Shown: piece by piece, positions 24,501-39,141 of the stretch | How the letters are laid out: each line of letters opens with the position of its first letter | How positions within the stretch are numbered: the first letter of the stretch is position 1 | Source of the DNA: Amoebophrya sp. A120 | Lineage: Eukaryota; Protista; Dinoflagellata | Assembly: GCA_905178155.1 (NCBI GenBank) | Contig: CAJINV010000010.1 | Coordinates: 124,001 to 188,000, forward strand | Direction of reading: 5' to 3' | Length of the DNA: 64,000 bases | Position numbers and translations under genes: made by a program | The notes under the pieces: model-generated | The model's database searches: none | What the model was told of the DNA's origin: nothing | What the model saw: the letters and a program-made list of their open reading frames with translations, nothing else

Positions 24501-26733
24501 GAAAAATTAAGATGAAAATGAAGTTTTTGGTCATGCAGATTCACGTAGGAAAGCAGACCTGTAATGCAAGGCTCGCACTTAATACACAAGTACGAAGATA
24601 CTTTTGCATTGGACACTAACATCCCTGTAACAACACGTCGTTACCCTCGTGACTTCGTGATCGTAACTTTCCGGATCATTCGCACTCACCGGGTACACTG
24701 CGAGGTTGTTTGTGTAGCTGGATTCTCCATTACTAAATTGCTGAACGCGTTCCACGCACTCATTTCGTACGCACTCGTCGGTCATCCTGCCCTTCCGCCC
24801 AAGAAGCTCGTTGCTGCAACTCTCCCCACCGATCGGTCGCACGTAATTGGGGTCGTACCTGGTTTTGCAAAGGCTCGAATACCACCCGTACCGCGGGTAG
24901 AAGGTGTCTTGCGGTCGTAGCGGGCCGCTGGTGGTGCTTCCCTTCGGCCAACAGTAGTACTTCAAGCCGTTCGACTGATCTTTGCCCTCGTCTGCCTGCG
25001 TGCTAACGTACGTGAAAACGTTGCAATCGTCCATCTTGTCGCAGATAAATTTGCACATCCACATGAAGTTCTCGTTATTTGGCTTCACGATTCCCTGTCC
25101 GGAATTCAAGTTCGCAACGAAGCTGCTAGAAACGTCGACTGGGTAAAAGTAGTTTCGCATGAACACTTGCTCCGGGCCGTCGAACTCCATTTGGTTCACC
25201 GGGATGTTGTCCAGTGCTGAAACCGTTTCGAACTCCGTGCGCAATTGGTTCGCTTTTCCCAGTAGGTCGGAGCACTGTTTTGCGTATTTCGTTTTTTCGT
25301 CCTCCGTTGGTCTGTGTCCGGTGATCGTGTCTACTGGAATTTCTTTCAGTTCCGCTTCCGTCGGAGTATTTCTTCCCGGCGTCAGATCAATCGCACAGAG
25401 ATCTCCGAAAAGAAAGTCGGTGTCTTCGTTTTCCTCTTTATGCAATGGAAACAGTTTCTCATTCCCATACTACATGTTGTGTAAAACCACGCATCACAAA
25501 TTTATTTTTCAAGATGAACGTGAGTAGAGTTCTCCTGTGCCACTTGTCAACATTCTGAACTACAGGACGGAAGTGGCTGGTCTTGTCATGCAGAAACCGC
25601 AACTGTTCATGTTCTTGTACGGAAATAAAATTATTTTCGATTTTCTGTGTATACCCTTGTGTGGTCCAGTCCGATTTCTCGCAGGAAAGAGGCATGAGAT
25701 CCGTGTCGGAGAAGGGATGGTCAGCAGGAAACTTCGTCGAGGTCGCCGTGGTCGTAGTTGCCTCGGCTCCTTGAGGAACCTGCTGCGCAATGTTGCCGTC
25801 CATTAGCGGCGGCGTACGCGTACTCTCCCCCGGCGATGGTGCAGGAGCAGCAGGCGCGAACACCTGGCTCGGTCCGTGTGGAAGCGGAGATGGAGATGGT
25901 CCCGGAGTAGAGGCTCCAGCTTCTCCGTCTCCAGGGCCAGATGATCCGGGCGTTCCGCCTGAAAATGATCCAGGATCGCCATCGCCGCCCTGCTGCTCGT
26001 CGCCGGTGCCACGTCCCCGCTGTTCGTCGCCGGTGCCTCCACCCCGCTGCTCGTCGCCATCCTCTCCGGAGAAGGAGATCTGCTCACCAGCATCGTCTTT
26101 TTTACTAGAATGCGACCCCTGATGCTGCTGCTGCTCCTGCTTCGCGTGAGAGTTAGTGCCTGTTCTTCTTTCCAATTCGAGCAAAGCGGTTGATGTGATT
26201 TGCTCACTACTTCTTGTTTCGACGATGTCGTCGTCAACTCGCGGGCTTGTCCTCTGGAGGACAGAGGTTTGGTCAAAATCATCTGGACCACCAGCTCCCT
26301 GCTCAACGACCGCCGGTCGCGAGGTTGTTCTCGCAGCTTTTGGTTCCTCGAGTTCTTGGACAGCCACAGCAGGATCAACCACGTCATCTTCTTCTTGCGG
26401 TCGAGGCACTGTTGCCTGCTTTGGCTGGAAGAACAAACGGCGAAACTCGTTTGTTCTACTAGGCGAAGAAGTAGCTCTTGATGAACTTGATCCTTGGTGT
26501 GCCGTTGCCGTAGGAGCTGCTTGTTCTTTTGTCGTACTAAAACCACCCCGTTGCAGCGGCCCACCTCGCTGTACGGAGAGACGCAACTGATGTGTTTTCC
26601 GCTCGGACTCCAGCTTGACTGTGAATGCAGTCGCTCTGTCGACGAGTGAAAGGAAAGTCAGGAGGAGCAGCGGGATCAATGTGGAAACAGAGACGTGACC
26701 GCAAGCAGGACAGCACGTCTTCAGCAGCATCAT
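21573..26733 (-). CDS. Type I membrane protein: signal peptide, low-complexity pro-region, Cys-rich ectodomain, TM, Ser/Arg/Lys-rich tail; 7 introners
   Basis: LIPLLLLTFLSLVDRATA signal; Cys-rich exon at ~24620-25438; TM WWGWILIALIVVSILLWCLYHCC. Traced junctions in frame (TTQG|ENEDT, SRES|SRSSG). Confidence 0.7.
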
Positions 26734-27696
26734 TCTGTTTTTTCTTTTGCGAAGATGAGCAGTCGCTCCTATTAACATTAAATACGGCACTGGTGATAGG
26801 AAATTTCAAGAAAAACCCGGGCTCATTTTGCAAGTGGTCTATTTCTCCTGGTCTAATGGCGAAATCCAAATCAATCTAGAAGTGGTTGTACCTGCAGACA
26901 CGAATGATCCTGTGCAGGGAAGTAGTAACAACAACTTGACGTATCTTAGGTACTCAGTATTTGAATATTGATATTCCTCATATTTAGCACGTGACGAAAA
27001 AGATGCCACGACTCTTTGTTAACCACAACGCATCACGATGCCCTCCCACGATGAGATATTAACATCATGGCGACCGATTTTATTACCGAGTGAAGAAGAC
27101 CCCAGCTGCAACGAACACGATCAAGTAGATGATCGTATAGAATACGAAAGCCCGAGGGCGGCGCTATACCATACGAAGATCATGTTGCGCTTGTTCTTTG
27201 TTCTTTTTGTTGCCACGACCACGACAGAGAGGAAAGACGAAGTAGATGTCGTATGAAATGATCTTGAACGAAGTAGAAATTTGTCTTGGCAGCTTATTGA
27301 TGAAGGAACACGAATCGACAAGCAGACGGAGCAGCCAACGCACACTGATCATGTGCCGGGTAAGTACTTTCGCTTGCGAGGATATCTTCTTTCTGTACAA
27401 TCAAATCTAGGTCCGAATGAATGCTTAATCAGAGTGGATACTGTCGATAAGAAGAAGCTGCAGCTTTCAACAACATTTATAAACTGCAACAATGCACACC
27501 AGTAGAGACATCACCCCAATTAAATTATTGTACAGCTGCGAAGATTTCTGTTGTGGCGATGCTCTTTTGATTTTCATTTTGAATAACGTGGTCAATAACA
27601 ACATTCACAACTACTGTTTCGGTTTCCTTTCGCCACAGCATAAACTGCGGTAAAGGAAGAACAACATTGCTGACGACAAGTAGTCATGGATGCTAC

Positions 27697-29209
27697 TTAA
27701 GTCCGATTTTTTTCTTGTTTGATCTTCTCTCTGATCTCCTCCTTTGCCTTGTTTTTCTCGTCCTTCTTTTCTTGTTCCTTTTTTTCTTTTTCTCGTTTTT
27801 TTTCCGGGGATAATTCTTGCTGCGCCTCCACAAGCTTGTCCTTCTTCTCCTTCTTCTGTTCTTTTTGCCTCTTGGTCTCTGCGCTCCACCATTCGGCGCA
27901 GCACCACGCCCGTACTTGCCCCACCGTCGGGTTGGTTTTCATGCCCATCTTTTTGAACAGGCCCGGCGCCTCCGAGTTGTCGTGGTGGTTGTAGTCGGGG
28001 ACGTAGTCCTTCTTTCCGTTATCCACAGAAAAAAATCCATCCCCATCTACCTTGTCACGCAAAACATGCACAAAGTCCAGTGTTTGTCATGCAAAAAATG
28101 GATCGGAAAGGGTTTTTTTTCTGGGAATATCCGTGCGTTCGGTTCGACTGTACGTACAGTGCCAGTTTGCCGAGGAAGGGTTCCTTGAAGCCCATGTTTT
28201 TCAGCGTCTCGTAGGCGTGGTCTTTCGCGTAGCCAGCAAAGGCGGAGTGATCTTGCGAGTCCGGGACGATTCGTTCGTACCACTCGCGCGTCACAATCAC
28301 CCCCGGGACGTGAACAGCTTCACCCTTGCTTGTTTTGTCGCGGTGATGATGACCCCGGTGATGACCAGTACCGCCATCTTCTTTCGGAGTTTGCGACGAG
28401 GATTTTGATTTACTACTCGTTTCACTCGTTGTTCCCGCGTCCGGGGAGGCTTCGGATTCGGGACCCGCCTCAGACGGTTCCGGTTTCGCCCGATTGTTCA
28501 GCAGTTTTCTGCGCCCTGACGTCGGAATCGAGGGCATCATTCCTTTTGCATCCCGATGGACCGTGAATGGCATCGCGGCCTCTGCATCGCGCTCCTTTTT
28601 CATGGTCGAATAAATAACACCACCCACCGCAGCAAAAACGATCGCGAGCACTAGCACCAAAAGCAAGCACCAGGTCCCGGTCTCGTCTTGGTTTCGTTTG
28701 TTATTTTCAGCGGATCTCGATTTGTCATCATTCTTCGCGTGTTGTTGCTTTTTGATTTTGTCGCGTGTACCTCCGCGGTTTTTGCTGGTCGGAGATTCTT
28801 GATGTTTCTGTTTCTCCTGCTGTGCGACAGCCTTGGCTTTGCTGGCTGCGGCTGCAGCAGCTGCTGATGTTTGGCTGCTCTTACTACTTTCCGTGTTCTT
28901 CTGATTGAGATGCAGAAAAGCGCCTGCTCCGGTGGGGGCATGGCCATGATCTGCAGCTTTTTCATCTTGGACAACATCGGCACCACTGGAAGGAGTACTA
29001 GAGGAAGATGTTTTCCCCTGTGCGGCTTTATTCTGAGCGACGTTGGGACCTACCAGCGTTAGCTTTTTCTTTTTCTCAACTTTCCGGTCAGACTGCTGGT
29101 TCACAACGGAGATGGAAAGCGCGGTGTGCTCGAGGTGGCTGATGAGCAGCAGCAGCGTGGCTGGTAGGGGTAGAAGAAGTGCTCCTGTTGGGGACTTCAT
29201 GATTGTCAT
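27697..29209 (-). CDS. Signal-peptide, single-TM protein (QSDR family, divergent); 1 introner
   Basis: Hydrophobic leader, QQSDRK, TM WCLLLVLVLAIVFAAVGGVIY. Removing 28020-28129 gives THG|KKDYVP in frame. Confidence 0.75.
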
Positions 29210-29818
29210 TGTATTTTTTGAAGACGAGCTCCGTTCTTTCTTTGGTCGAAAGCAATATGAAATCTTAACTTTGAAAAAACAGCCAGTGCTCGGCCTGTCT
29301 TCCAAATTCTTGTGAAAGGAAATAAAACAACGACATCACATCGACGTCATCGTTGCAAGAAAGACGACGACGAGAGCCTTCTACTAGGTACCTACTAGTA
29401 GTGCAGCTCTAGGAAAGATCAATGGTAGACACCTGCAACTACTCACAATCACGAATCTGCAAGAGACGAGCGACACCGACACGACCTTACTACTATAGTA
29501 TACGTCGAATTGCATTGTTAGCAGCACGAGAACGACCCCAGCTAGCACAACGACGTCTATAATTTCTGGCCCATTCTGCTTTCTTCACAGACACGACTCG
29601 GGCAACAAATACGAATGAGTACTACGAAATTGCTGGATTGTACACGTGGTTTTCCCTTTCGGGTTCTCCTGCACCAATACCAGACTTTTCAAAATCAAAA
29701 CAGGACCGATCACAACAAACATGAAACTCGAACTAGTGCACGATAAAAAAGCGTGTGCTCGTCCTTCTTGACAAAGTCCGCCTCACCTTCGTTCTGGTTC
29801 TGTTGTACTGAATTCAAT

Positions 29819-30982
29819 ATGGTACAAAAACAAATAGAGGAGGAGGAGGATCCTTCACACCTGTTTTTTAGCTATACACACTGCTACTCAGGTGGAACAT
29901 GATGTCGCAGACCACCCGGAGGAAACGAGCAGGGAGGCACCGCTCTCAGGAGAAACACCTACTCGGCCAGCATTCGCTCCTGTTCCTTGTACCAGACGCG
30001 CCATGTTGCAACTACCACTCTTCGAGTTGCGGGCACTGAGGTACACTGTTGCAGCTTCTTCTCTTCGAGCCGCGGCCGGGTGCGCTCCGTCTGCTCACAA
30101 GCTTACCCTCTGTGGTGCGGCTGTCTACTCTGGGACGGTCCGGGGCTTGGGCAAGTTTAGGGTCATATTGGGCACCATATGTGTTAGGTGCTTGTCCCTT
30201 AACTCTGTAGACACTGCGCTGCCTCCGCCCTGGAGCAGCTTGAGGCAGAGCTCACCTCCCGTCTTTGTCACGATCAGGCGCTTCAAGGTGGTAGCATATT
30301 TGTCATGCTAACACCTTCTCTCGGATGGCTCTGGCCGGACCTTCGTCTCGTTCTACAAAGTTGGCGTCTACGAATGCAAGACACGAACTTTAGCGGCGCA
30401 AAAAGATCTGAGATTCTTCCAATACGCGGCTGCACTGGAGCGTGGGGAATTCTAATATGTATGGATCTGTACCTTGAATCGAGAAAAGACAGGGATAGAT
30501 CTGGAATCTCTATCTGAGAAAATCAATATCAGGATCTATCGACATCTCAGCAGCTCCTGGTCCAGATGTATATCTTTTCCTCATTCTCCAGCTTCCGCGC
30601 TCCCGTTTTCCGCTTTTTCGTTTTTCGGTCGTGGTCTAGTTTGCTTGTGCTTAGGCTAGACGTGACCTGCTAACTTTCGTTCTCCCACCCTGTGCGATCG
30701 TGGCCGTGGAAGAGAAGATGTGAACCCATCCAGAGAACAAGATGTTGAGAGCCCGTCAAAAGAAGACGAAGTACTGCCGGCGCTGTGGAGAGGGAAATCG
30801 CCGACAGGGACCATATTTCTGGATGGAATGCGCACACAGATGACGCACGGGGCGCTGAGGCTCTACCTACTTTCTACTGCACTTGAGCCGTACTTATAAT
30901 CCGATACAGCACTTACGAGTCAACATTGCGTAGTTTATTGCAACGAAGGCACTTGAGCCAAAATGGTACAAAAACAAATAGA
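29819..30982. repeat. ~1.1-kb segment flanked by a perfect 20-bp direct repeat
   Basis: ATGGTACAAAAACAAATAGA at 29819-29838 and 30963-30982. Confidence 0.75.
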
Positions 30983-31198
30983 TACAACATTCTCCAGTGC
31001 CTAAACGTGGCCAATTGTCTAGTAAGTCATCTTGCACTTGTTAACTGAGTCAAAACGAAACCAACGCATAAATTTCAAGTCAAATTTTCAAACTGAATTG
31101 CACAACAAAATTGGTACTAGTATCGCACAGGCGATTGCGATTCATTGGAATTTGCTTTTCGTTGCTGTGATGAAGAAGATAGTAAATTTACTTCATCT

Positions 31199-34100
31199 CT
31201 ACTCGTTTCTCTGCCTCAAATTCATTTTCTTACCGATCATCATGTTCAGTATGAGTATCGTCTTTTTTAATTTATCGAAATTCGCATCGATGCGATCTTC
31301 CTCACCTATGAAGATCATGCACTGCTCCCCCGCCGAAGGATGCGTGCGGAGACAGTTGTATGCATTGCAAAAGTATCGTACTCGTATAAATGCATTACAA
31401 GTTTCCTCAGCGTGAGAAATAAAATCTGCAATGCTGATTTACCTTAAGAAAAGGATTTGTAATGCATGATTGCAATACGAGTACGATACTTTTGCACAGG
31501 ATAAGTTGTTGCGGTCGTGGGCTCGGCTTTGCCACGGCCTTCTTCTTCGGTTTGAGTTTCTTCACCCACTGCTCAATGCAGTAATCGCGCACCATGCCGA
31601 CAGTTGCGTTGCCCTGTCCAAGACCGAGGTCCCGGTAAACCGTCAGGGTATGGGCATCAAGATCGTACTATCAAATGCAAAAGCGTCTGGGTCTGGTAGA
31701 AGATTGCCAAGTTTGTCATGCATATTTGGAATGACCCACGATGTTTGTGATGCATGCCCTAGCATCACAGATTTTTGGAGGACTTTGTGATGCCTCTACT
31801 GCATGAGACATGCCCTCTCCGTGTAGACCAAACCGGACTCCTCTTGCTGGTCATGCAATACAGATTTTTTCCGAATCCGGAGACAGCATCACAAGTTGCA
31901 ACCTTGCAGACCCAGACATTTTTGCATTTGATACGTACTCCGGCACGTAGTCCCGCTTGCTGTAGTATGGAATACAAATAATTTCCGAGACACACACTGA
32001 CACATGTACGAAATGCATGACAAATTTGGCCTATTTCTTACACTGATGCGCCAGTTGTACTTGTCATGCTGAATAGTGATCCAAGGCAAGCTTTGTCTTG
32101 CGGAAATCAACGAGTGCTCTTTACGTGTACGGGAAATTTACTGTGGATAGGTAGGCTGTACTCTCCACCGCCGTGGAAAGCCTGCGCAGGTAGGGTTCCC
32201 GGAACCCCGCTTTCTTCAAGGTTGCATACGCGCTATGCAATACAAATAACCTACCGCTCCCGCTCGTCGTGTACGAATTGCTTTTGCTTGACAAATTTTT
32301 GCCCAACCTGCAGCACGAGCGACTACACATGAGACTTGCACTTGTCATAATCAGAAATAATCGTCGTCATGCTGAATAAGTTTCAGTTTCAGCAGCTCGT
32401 GGGAGTTTCGTCCTCATGCAGGAGAAGTGCCAGTATTCGTACACGTCGTGCACGGTAAGTTAAATGTTCTCTCTGCATACGCGTGCTGCTGCGCGTACTT
32501 GAAAAACTTCGTCTTCTCGTCCTGGTTTCGGGGCACGTGTCCAAGAAAAAAAAAATTGTACGTAGGTGTAACTTTCTTGTTGGAGGATTAGCATGACAAA
32601 TATCTCATCTCGCATGACAGCAAAAACCTGTCATGATGCGCAGATACTACGTGAAAACGCCCTTGAATGAACCCGACGACGCATGCCAAGCATGACAGAC
32701 GCAATCAGCTTGAATGTTGCGCATCACAAATTTACACTACTAACAACGTTTTTGTCTTGGATAGCACGGCGGTATTCATGACGTCCACGACGGACGACGC
32801 GAAGGCGGAGGATGCTTCCCCCCCGAAAGTTCCCTCCATAAACGCGGCCTGTTTATTCTTGTCCGCAGCCGGATTGTACGTGTAGCGGGTGCCGGCTCCG
32901 GGTACCGGTGCTTGGTTCTTCGCTGCGCGACCACGGGGCGAGGCGCTCGGGGTTCTCGAGGAAGCTTTTCCGTGATCGAGGGGGGAAGGCGGTGGCTCTT
33001 CGTTCGTCACGTATTCCTTCTTTTTCACAACTGGCGTGGTGCCGTCTGCCTGCTTTCCGTGCTTCAACGCGTTTTTTTTCTCCTGTTTGATCGCTGTCGC
33101 CGCTTTCCGGAACTTGCTGAGTTTTTCCATGCCCCCCTTCTGTCGTCCATCGCCGTTTGCGAGGAGTTTTTGTTCTTCCTTTATTATGAGGAAAAATCCC
33201 CCCTCCCCATATCGAAAAAGCGTACTTTTCAAAATTTGCGATGCTGATTTGTGGCCACAAATCGAGTCTGTGTTGCAAAAGAGCAAAGCCAGAGCTTCCG
33301 CCGCATTTCGCAGGCGATTTGTAATGCTGCTGCGCCAATGGGGCAGACGTCTGCCATGCTAAGTGCCTACCGCAGGCCGCTCCTTTCCGGGCTTTGTATC
33401 TGCCTGCAGTGCGCTACTGCAAGACAAGACTGATTTGCGTACGCAAATACAGCATCACAGATTTGCCTTTTGATATGGGGAGGGGGGATTTTTCATTTTG
33501 ATATCCTCTGTCAGTTCCTTGCTTCTGCCCCAGCACGGACAGCAAGAACAGCACTCGGTCGACGTAACTTCCTCGTCCCCGGCCGAAGCCGCAGTCGCCG
33601 TTGTGGCAGTACGACCACCAGTACTTGTGCTAGAACCAGCAGCAGTAGCACGAGCAGCGCTAGGACGGGAAGATGCTGCTGCACCACCTCCAGAAGTGGC
33701 GCCAGTAGGAGATGGAAGATTAGTATTAGCCACCGCATCAGTCACTTCTTCCGGCGTTCCCCAGCAACAGCAGCAGTAGATGATGAAAAACCCACCGACC
33801 AGCAGCGCAACTTGTCCTGTGCAAAAGTATCGCACTCGTAGTTGTAATCGTAAATCCGCATTAGAAATCTACGTTGTTGAGGTAAATCCGCATTACAAAT
33901 TCAATTTGTAATGCTGAGCCAACTTGTATTGCGATTTGTACAACTAGTAAGCACGATACTTTTGCAGAGCATACGACTCCAACAGCGGCAATCGTGATCC
34001 ACACCCAGAGTGCGATCTTCTTTTTCTTCTTCCCCGTGGCTTGCTCCGGATCCGCATCGGGATCGTTGCTCGTGGTCTATCAACTGTAAAAGTGTCTGGG

Positions 34101-35240
34101 TCTGGAAGAATTCATGTTTGTCATGCTTGTCTGGCATGACTCTTAAATCTGTCATGCACGTTACCCAAGAGCTCCGCTTTTGTTTCTGTGATGCAGAAGC
34201 GCAGTTTGTCATGCAGAATAGGCAACACCTAGGAGCTCAGAAACTTGTCATGCTGAGCCAGCATTTGTAGCCTCATCATGAGACGCCACCCAGCATCACA
34301 ACTTCCCAGACCCAGACATTTTTGCATTTGATATGGTCTTCGTAGTGGTCAAACTTTTCCGGGAAGTGGTCCCGCGTCGCAGCGCTTGTTCCTCCACGAA
34401 GGATCCGCTTATCTGTTCCCCTGCGGTGTTCTTGTTTGCTGTTCCGACTATGGTTGTACTCCTGGGCTCCGTGTGCAGCTGTCCCTGCCCCTCATGGTCA
34501 ACCTCATGCGGCAGGAAATCAGTCAATAAATCGATGTTGTTCAGAGTCTCCTGCACTGCCCCGGTAAAGTCCAACACGTACTGAAACAAGAAGGCCGTCT
34601 CCGCACCCTCCCGCTGCGCCATGAATTTCTTCCGGTTCTTCCGCTCCTTTTTCCGTGCGTTCAAGTCGAGGAAGGAAGACGCCGCGGTTTTTGTCGTTGG
34701 GGATGACATGCTAGACATTTCTGCTGCAGAGGCGGCTTGTTCGCCCGTGTTCGTGAGTTCAAAATGTGAAGGCTGGAGGTGGTGATGCAATTCATCCTCG
34801 CTGTGACTCGGGCTTGCACTGTTCCCGCCTGCTGCACTCTCGTCGGAAGAATAGTCCGCCGCGGCCGAAAGCGACAGGTCTTTTGATGCTTCCTTGTTGC
34901 CATGTTGAGCTTTATTTCCTTCTGCATCCACTGGCCGGACTGTGGTGGTTCCGCCCGGCTGCACCAGAACTGCTTCTGGATCTTGTTCGTCGTCGTGGTC
35001 CACGTGATCTTTAGTACTGTGTCTGTGTACTATCTTCCGGTCGGATTGCTGTAGCTGTTGTGTATCGACGGCGGCGACAAGAGTACAACACCGGTGATGA
35101 TCATGAAAAAGGAGGTGGAAGAACAAGAGTTCTTGCTGTGATGCGGCTACGAGAATCAGTCTCCGGAAAAGTCGTGAAGAAGCGGAAGACGGAGCAGGTC
35201 CACGACGACCTCGAAGCAGGCCCTGCATTTCCATCCTCAT
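31199..35240 (-). CDS. QSDR-family membrane protein; 8 introners
   Basis: QQSDRK, RKKFMAQRE..AFLFQYVLDFTG, TM ending GGFFIIYCCCCW. Confidence 0.7.
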
Positions 35241-36199
35241 CTTGATCGTTTTCCGCAAAATTATTGTCTGAAAAAAACACCTCCCCACAACATAATTTTG
35301 CGCTCAACTTTCAAAAAACCAATCAGCTTCCATCAGCGTCTTTTATCAGCCAATTAGCTATAGTTGGTGACAAGAAATCGATGCTGGCGCGTCCGGTTCA
35401 ACATATTCAAATTTCATCATGTTCATGCCTACAGAAGCGAGACGATGAAGGGCGATAATTCAAGAAATATTCAACAAGCACGATTGTATGAAACTTCCTA
35501 GAGTTGAAGTTGTGTCTCTTGGTCTTGTGTTGAAGTTGATGACGTCAAAATTTCCAACATTTCGAGAAGCACGATAGGCGGCGAATTGGTAGTTTTTTCT
35601 CCGAAATGTTGACGACCTCAAGACGATTTGTAGATAGAATACTGAATACGACGACCCTGAACGACCTGCTGCTCACGACGAGTCACACTACTAGAACTAG
35701 AAAACCATGTCTATGTGCAACATATTTCTTGTATTCCAGACGAGACGAAAGAGTAGCGATTTCAACATTCTTCAACGACCACGATCTTGTCTGCGACAGT
35801 AGACCAACATCAACATCAACATCAACAAGCGACTGCAGGAGTACCACAGGCATCCCAGTAGTATTGCAGCTGTTTTCATCTTGCCGCGAGTCGAACGCTT
35901 TCGACTCTTGCTGTGTGATGTTGGTTGGAGGTTTAATTTTTACTTTCAAGTCCTCAAATCGTACAAAGCTCTACAATCGTTCTGCAGGTGCGGTCCCGAT
36001 AATCATAATTTGTTGCGAACAAATACAAAAGTTAAAGTTTTGTTGTCTGTAACATACAAGCGTGCTGTACAAGCACAACAACATCTGTGTACATAAGAAA
36101 ATTAGAAATGGTCTGCAATCGTATCGGTACAACTCTTGTGTTCGAGCTCCTCGTTCTCGTGGAAATTCAGTACCGTTCTGCAATACTAATACTTCATAT

Positions 36200-39141
36200 T
36201 CATCACGCTGATTTTTTCAAAACATCTTCAGGCTTGCCTTTACCCCCCTTTGGTGCTTCCAGAACCAAATCGCCGAAGCCTCGTCTTTATCAAATGCAAA
36301 AATGTCTGGGTCTGGAAGAATGCAAGATTTGTGATGCAGGTTTTCCATGACCCATGAGCATGAGGTCTGGAATGCGAGACCCAGCATGACAGATTCTCTG
36401 AGGTCTCTATCATAGCTTTCCTGCGTGAGAAACTCCCTCTCAACTTGGTGAAAAGCGGACAGGTTTTGGCACTCACGCAACACAGATTTTCGCATCATTC
36501 AGATTTAGCATGACAAGTTATAATCTTCCAGACCCAGACATTTTTACATTTGATAGTCTTACTTATGCTGTCCGTGTGCCTGAATGTGGTCATCTTGGAA
36601 ACTGTATGAACTGCAAAAGTATCGTATTCGTATAAATGCATTTACAAATTTCCTCAGCATGAGAAATAAAATTTGTAATGCGAATTTACCTTGTTGAGAA
36701 AAAGATTTGCAATGCATGATTGCAATACGAGTACGATACTTTTGCACAGGATAAACTGAGCGCGTCGCCCTGGTCGTGCGTCGCCGCACTGTCTATGCAA
36801 TACAAATTTCCCGCCGCACATGTACATACAATATGCATCACAAAGTTTTAGAAGAAGTTACTTGTCATGCTGAAGGGGCTTGAAGGAAAAGTTTGTCACG
36901 TGGAACCCACATTTGTACGTCGTGTACGGGAATTTTACTGTGGATACTGCCCTCTCCGGCGACATGATTTCCCGGCGCGGCCTATCCTGTGCAAAAGTAT
37001 CGCACTCGTACTAATCGCAGTCATGCAAGACAAATTTCTTGTCCAAGCTAAATCAGCACGAGAAATTCCATGTGTCATGCTGAGCGAATTTGTATTGCAA
37101 TACTACGAGTACAATACTTTTGCACTGCATACGGCAACCAGGGTAGCGTTTTCGGAATCGCTGGGCCAGTTGTAGTATCCAGTGCAAATCATAGGTCTGG
37201 GTCTGGAAGATTGCAAGATCTGACACGCAGGTTTCGCATGAACAAGAGGCTCGTTTAGATGAATGCGGGCGCTAGAAGCATAACAAGTTTTGTAGTTCAG
37301 AAGCTCCTGCGTTCTTCTTTATGCCTATTCTGCATGAGAAATGTCGTCCTTTTGTTCGGGTAAGCAAAAGTGCGGACTTTTGATGTTTTGATGCAGCAGG
37401 TCATGCAATACACATTTTATTTTTGTTTCGAAGTCGTAGTCGATAATTGGACCTACGATGTTGACATCAAACTCGGATAATTCTTTCCAGACCCAGACAT
37501 GTGAATTACAAAAATGGATAGGTAGCCGCAGCCCCTGTACACGCAGTAGGCCACCATGAGGATCAAGGCGCACCCCATAATCCCCGCGAAAACGAGAAGG
37601 ACGACGCCGGCGATCGCACTCCCAGTCATACCGTCGGAAATCGACTTATGGATGTGTCAGGTTTGAAATCGTCAAAGTTGAAATAGTTTGTCATGCATAA
37701 AACGGATATGAGTTAGGCCTACAGTTTGTAGTCGGCGCATGACAAATTTTCCCGGTCCTGGAAGCGAGTCTGTCATGCGGTTTAGGGCAAAAGAGCTGCC
37801 TTCTGTCATGCTAGTTAGCAGTCCAACTTTTGACCCTTACCAGGACTATAATCTGCCTCCTGTTGGTCCTCTGCAATAGAGTTACTTTTTGTGTCGCATT
37901 TTATGCATTACAAATTATTTCAACTTTAACGATTTCAAACCTGACGCTTCCATACGACTCGACAACCCTGTCCTCCAGCTCGTTCCGCTTTTTCGGGTCA
38001 TTGTTCTGCTGTTGTTGGGGGTTGTTGCCTTGATCACCATTTTGTTGTTGCTGAGCAGGAGTTGAAGTTGTTCCAGCTCCTCCACCACCGGCGGCGGGCA
38101 TGGCCTTCTTCTTGTTCTTTTTCTGCTTCGTCATCTTTCTTGCGACGTCGACTTCCAGAAACATGGTCGACTTGTCATCCGCGCTAGCAGATGAATCTTG
38201 TTCCGAGATTTCATTCTGTTTGTTGTGGTTTTCGACGTTTTGATGTTCCTCGTTCAGTAAGAAGCCATTGCTCGTCGTTTTGATGTCCGCTTGGCCCGCT
38301 TCAATCACGTCGGCCCCCTGGCCCTGCTCTCCCGTCGTACCAAATACATCCCCAACCGCCCCAGCGAAATCCAGTGCGTACTGGAACATCGACGCAGGCT
38401 CATCGTTTTATGACAGTGCACAACTCCCCCTCCCCCTCATTTGTCATGCTTAACAGACTGCGCAGCTAAAGCCCGGGGGGGTGCGGGGTCCGAGGGGTGC
38501 ACAATGCACTGCCCTCATTTGTCATGCAAAATGATCCCAAATCCAGGCTGTGCCTCTTGGCACTGTTTGCATGACAATTTCTGGTAGGCCAAAAAGCACT
38601 ACACTCCAGTGTAAATTTGTCATGCAAAGCCGGCACTCTTGCAGATGCTTGCATTGCCGTTTATGCTATACAAACGTAAATGAGGGGGAAGGGGAGTTGT
38701 GCACTGTCATACGTTTTCCCGGCGCTGCAGGAATTTTTTGCTTTTGGTCTGCCCGTTTTGGGAGGCGAAGAAGAGGAAGGAGCTCGAAGAGGAGACTTGT
38801 TCAGCATGATCAGCAAGCTGCACTTGATGTTCTGGCGAGTTCTTTTTGCACGAGGAAGAAGAAGTTGCACATGACACGGCAGCAGGGCCAGGCGCTTCAT
38901 CATTATCGTCTTTACCAAATTCATGATGTGCACTGCCGGCTTCGAGGTTCTTCGCCTTCCGATCATCCTGCAACAGGTTTTCTCGTCGTGAAGACGTTCT
39001 GTCAACAACAGTCTTCACGTCGATGGCTTCGACAAAAGCAACAAGCCCCTCCTGCCGAAGATGCAGAAAAGTGAAGGCAGTTAGTCGAATCAACATGAGG
39101 ATCTTCGAGAGCTGTTGAAGTCGTTCCGGCATCTTGTTCAT
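36200..39141 (-). CDS. QSDR-family membrane protein; 7 introners (3' end approximate)
   Basis: LQDDRK, QNGQTKSKKFLQRREN|DEPASMFQYALDFAG, hydrophobic exon at ~37521-37646. Confidence 0.7.
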
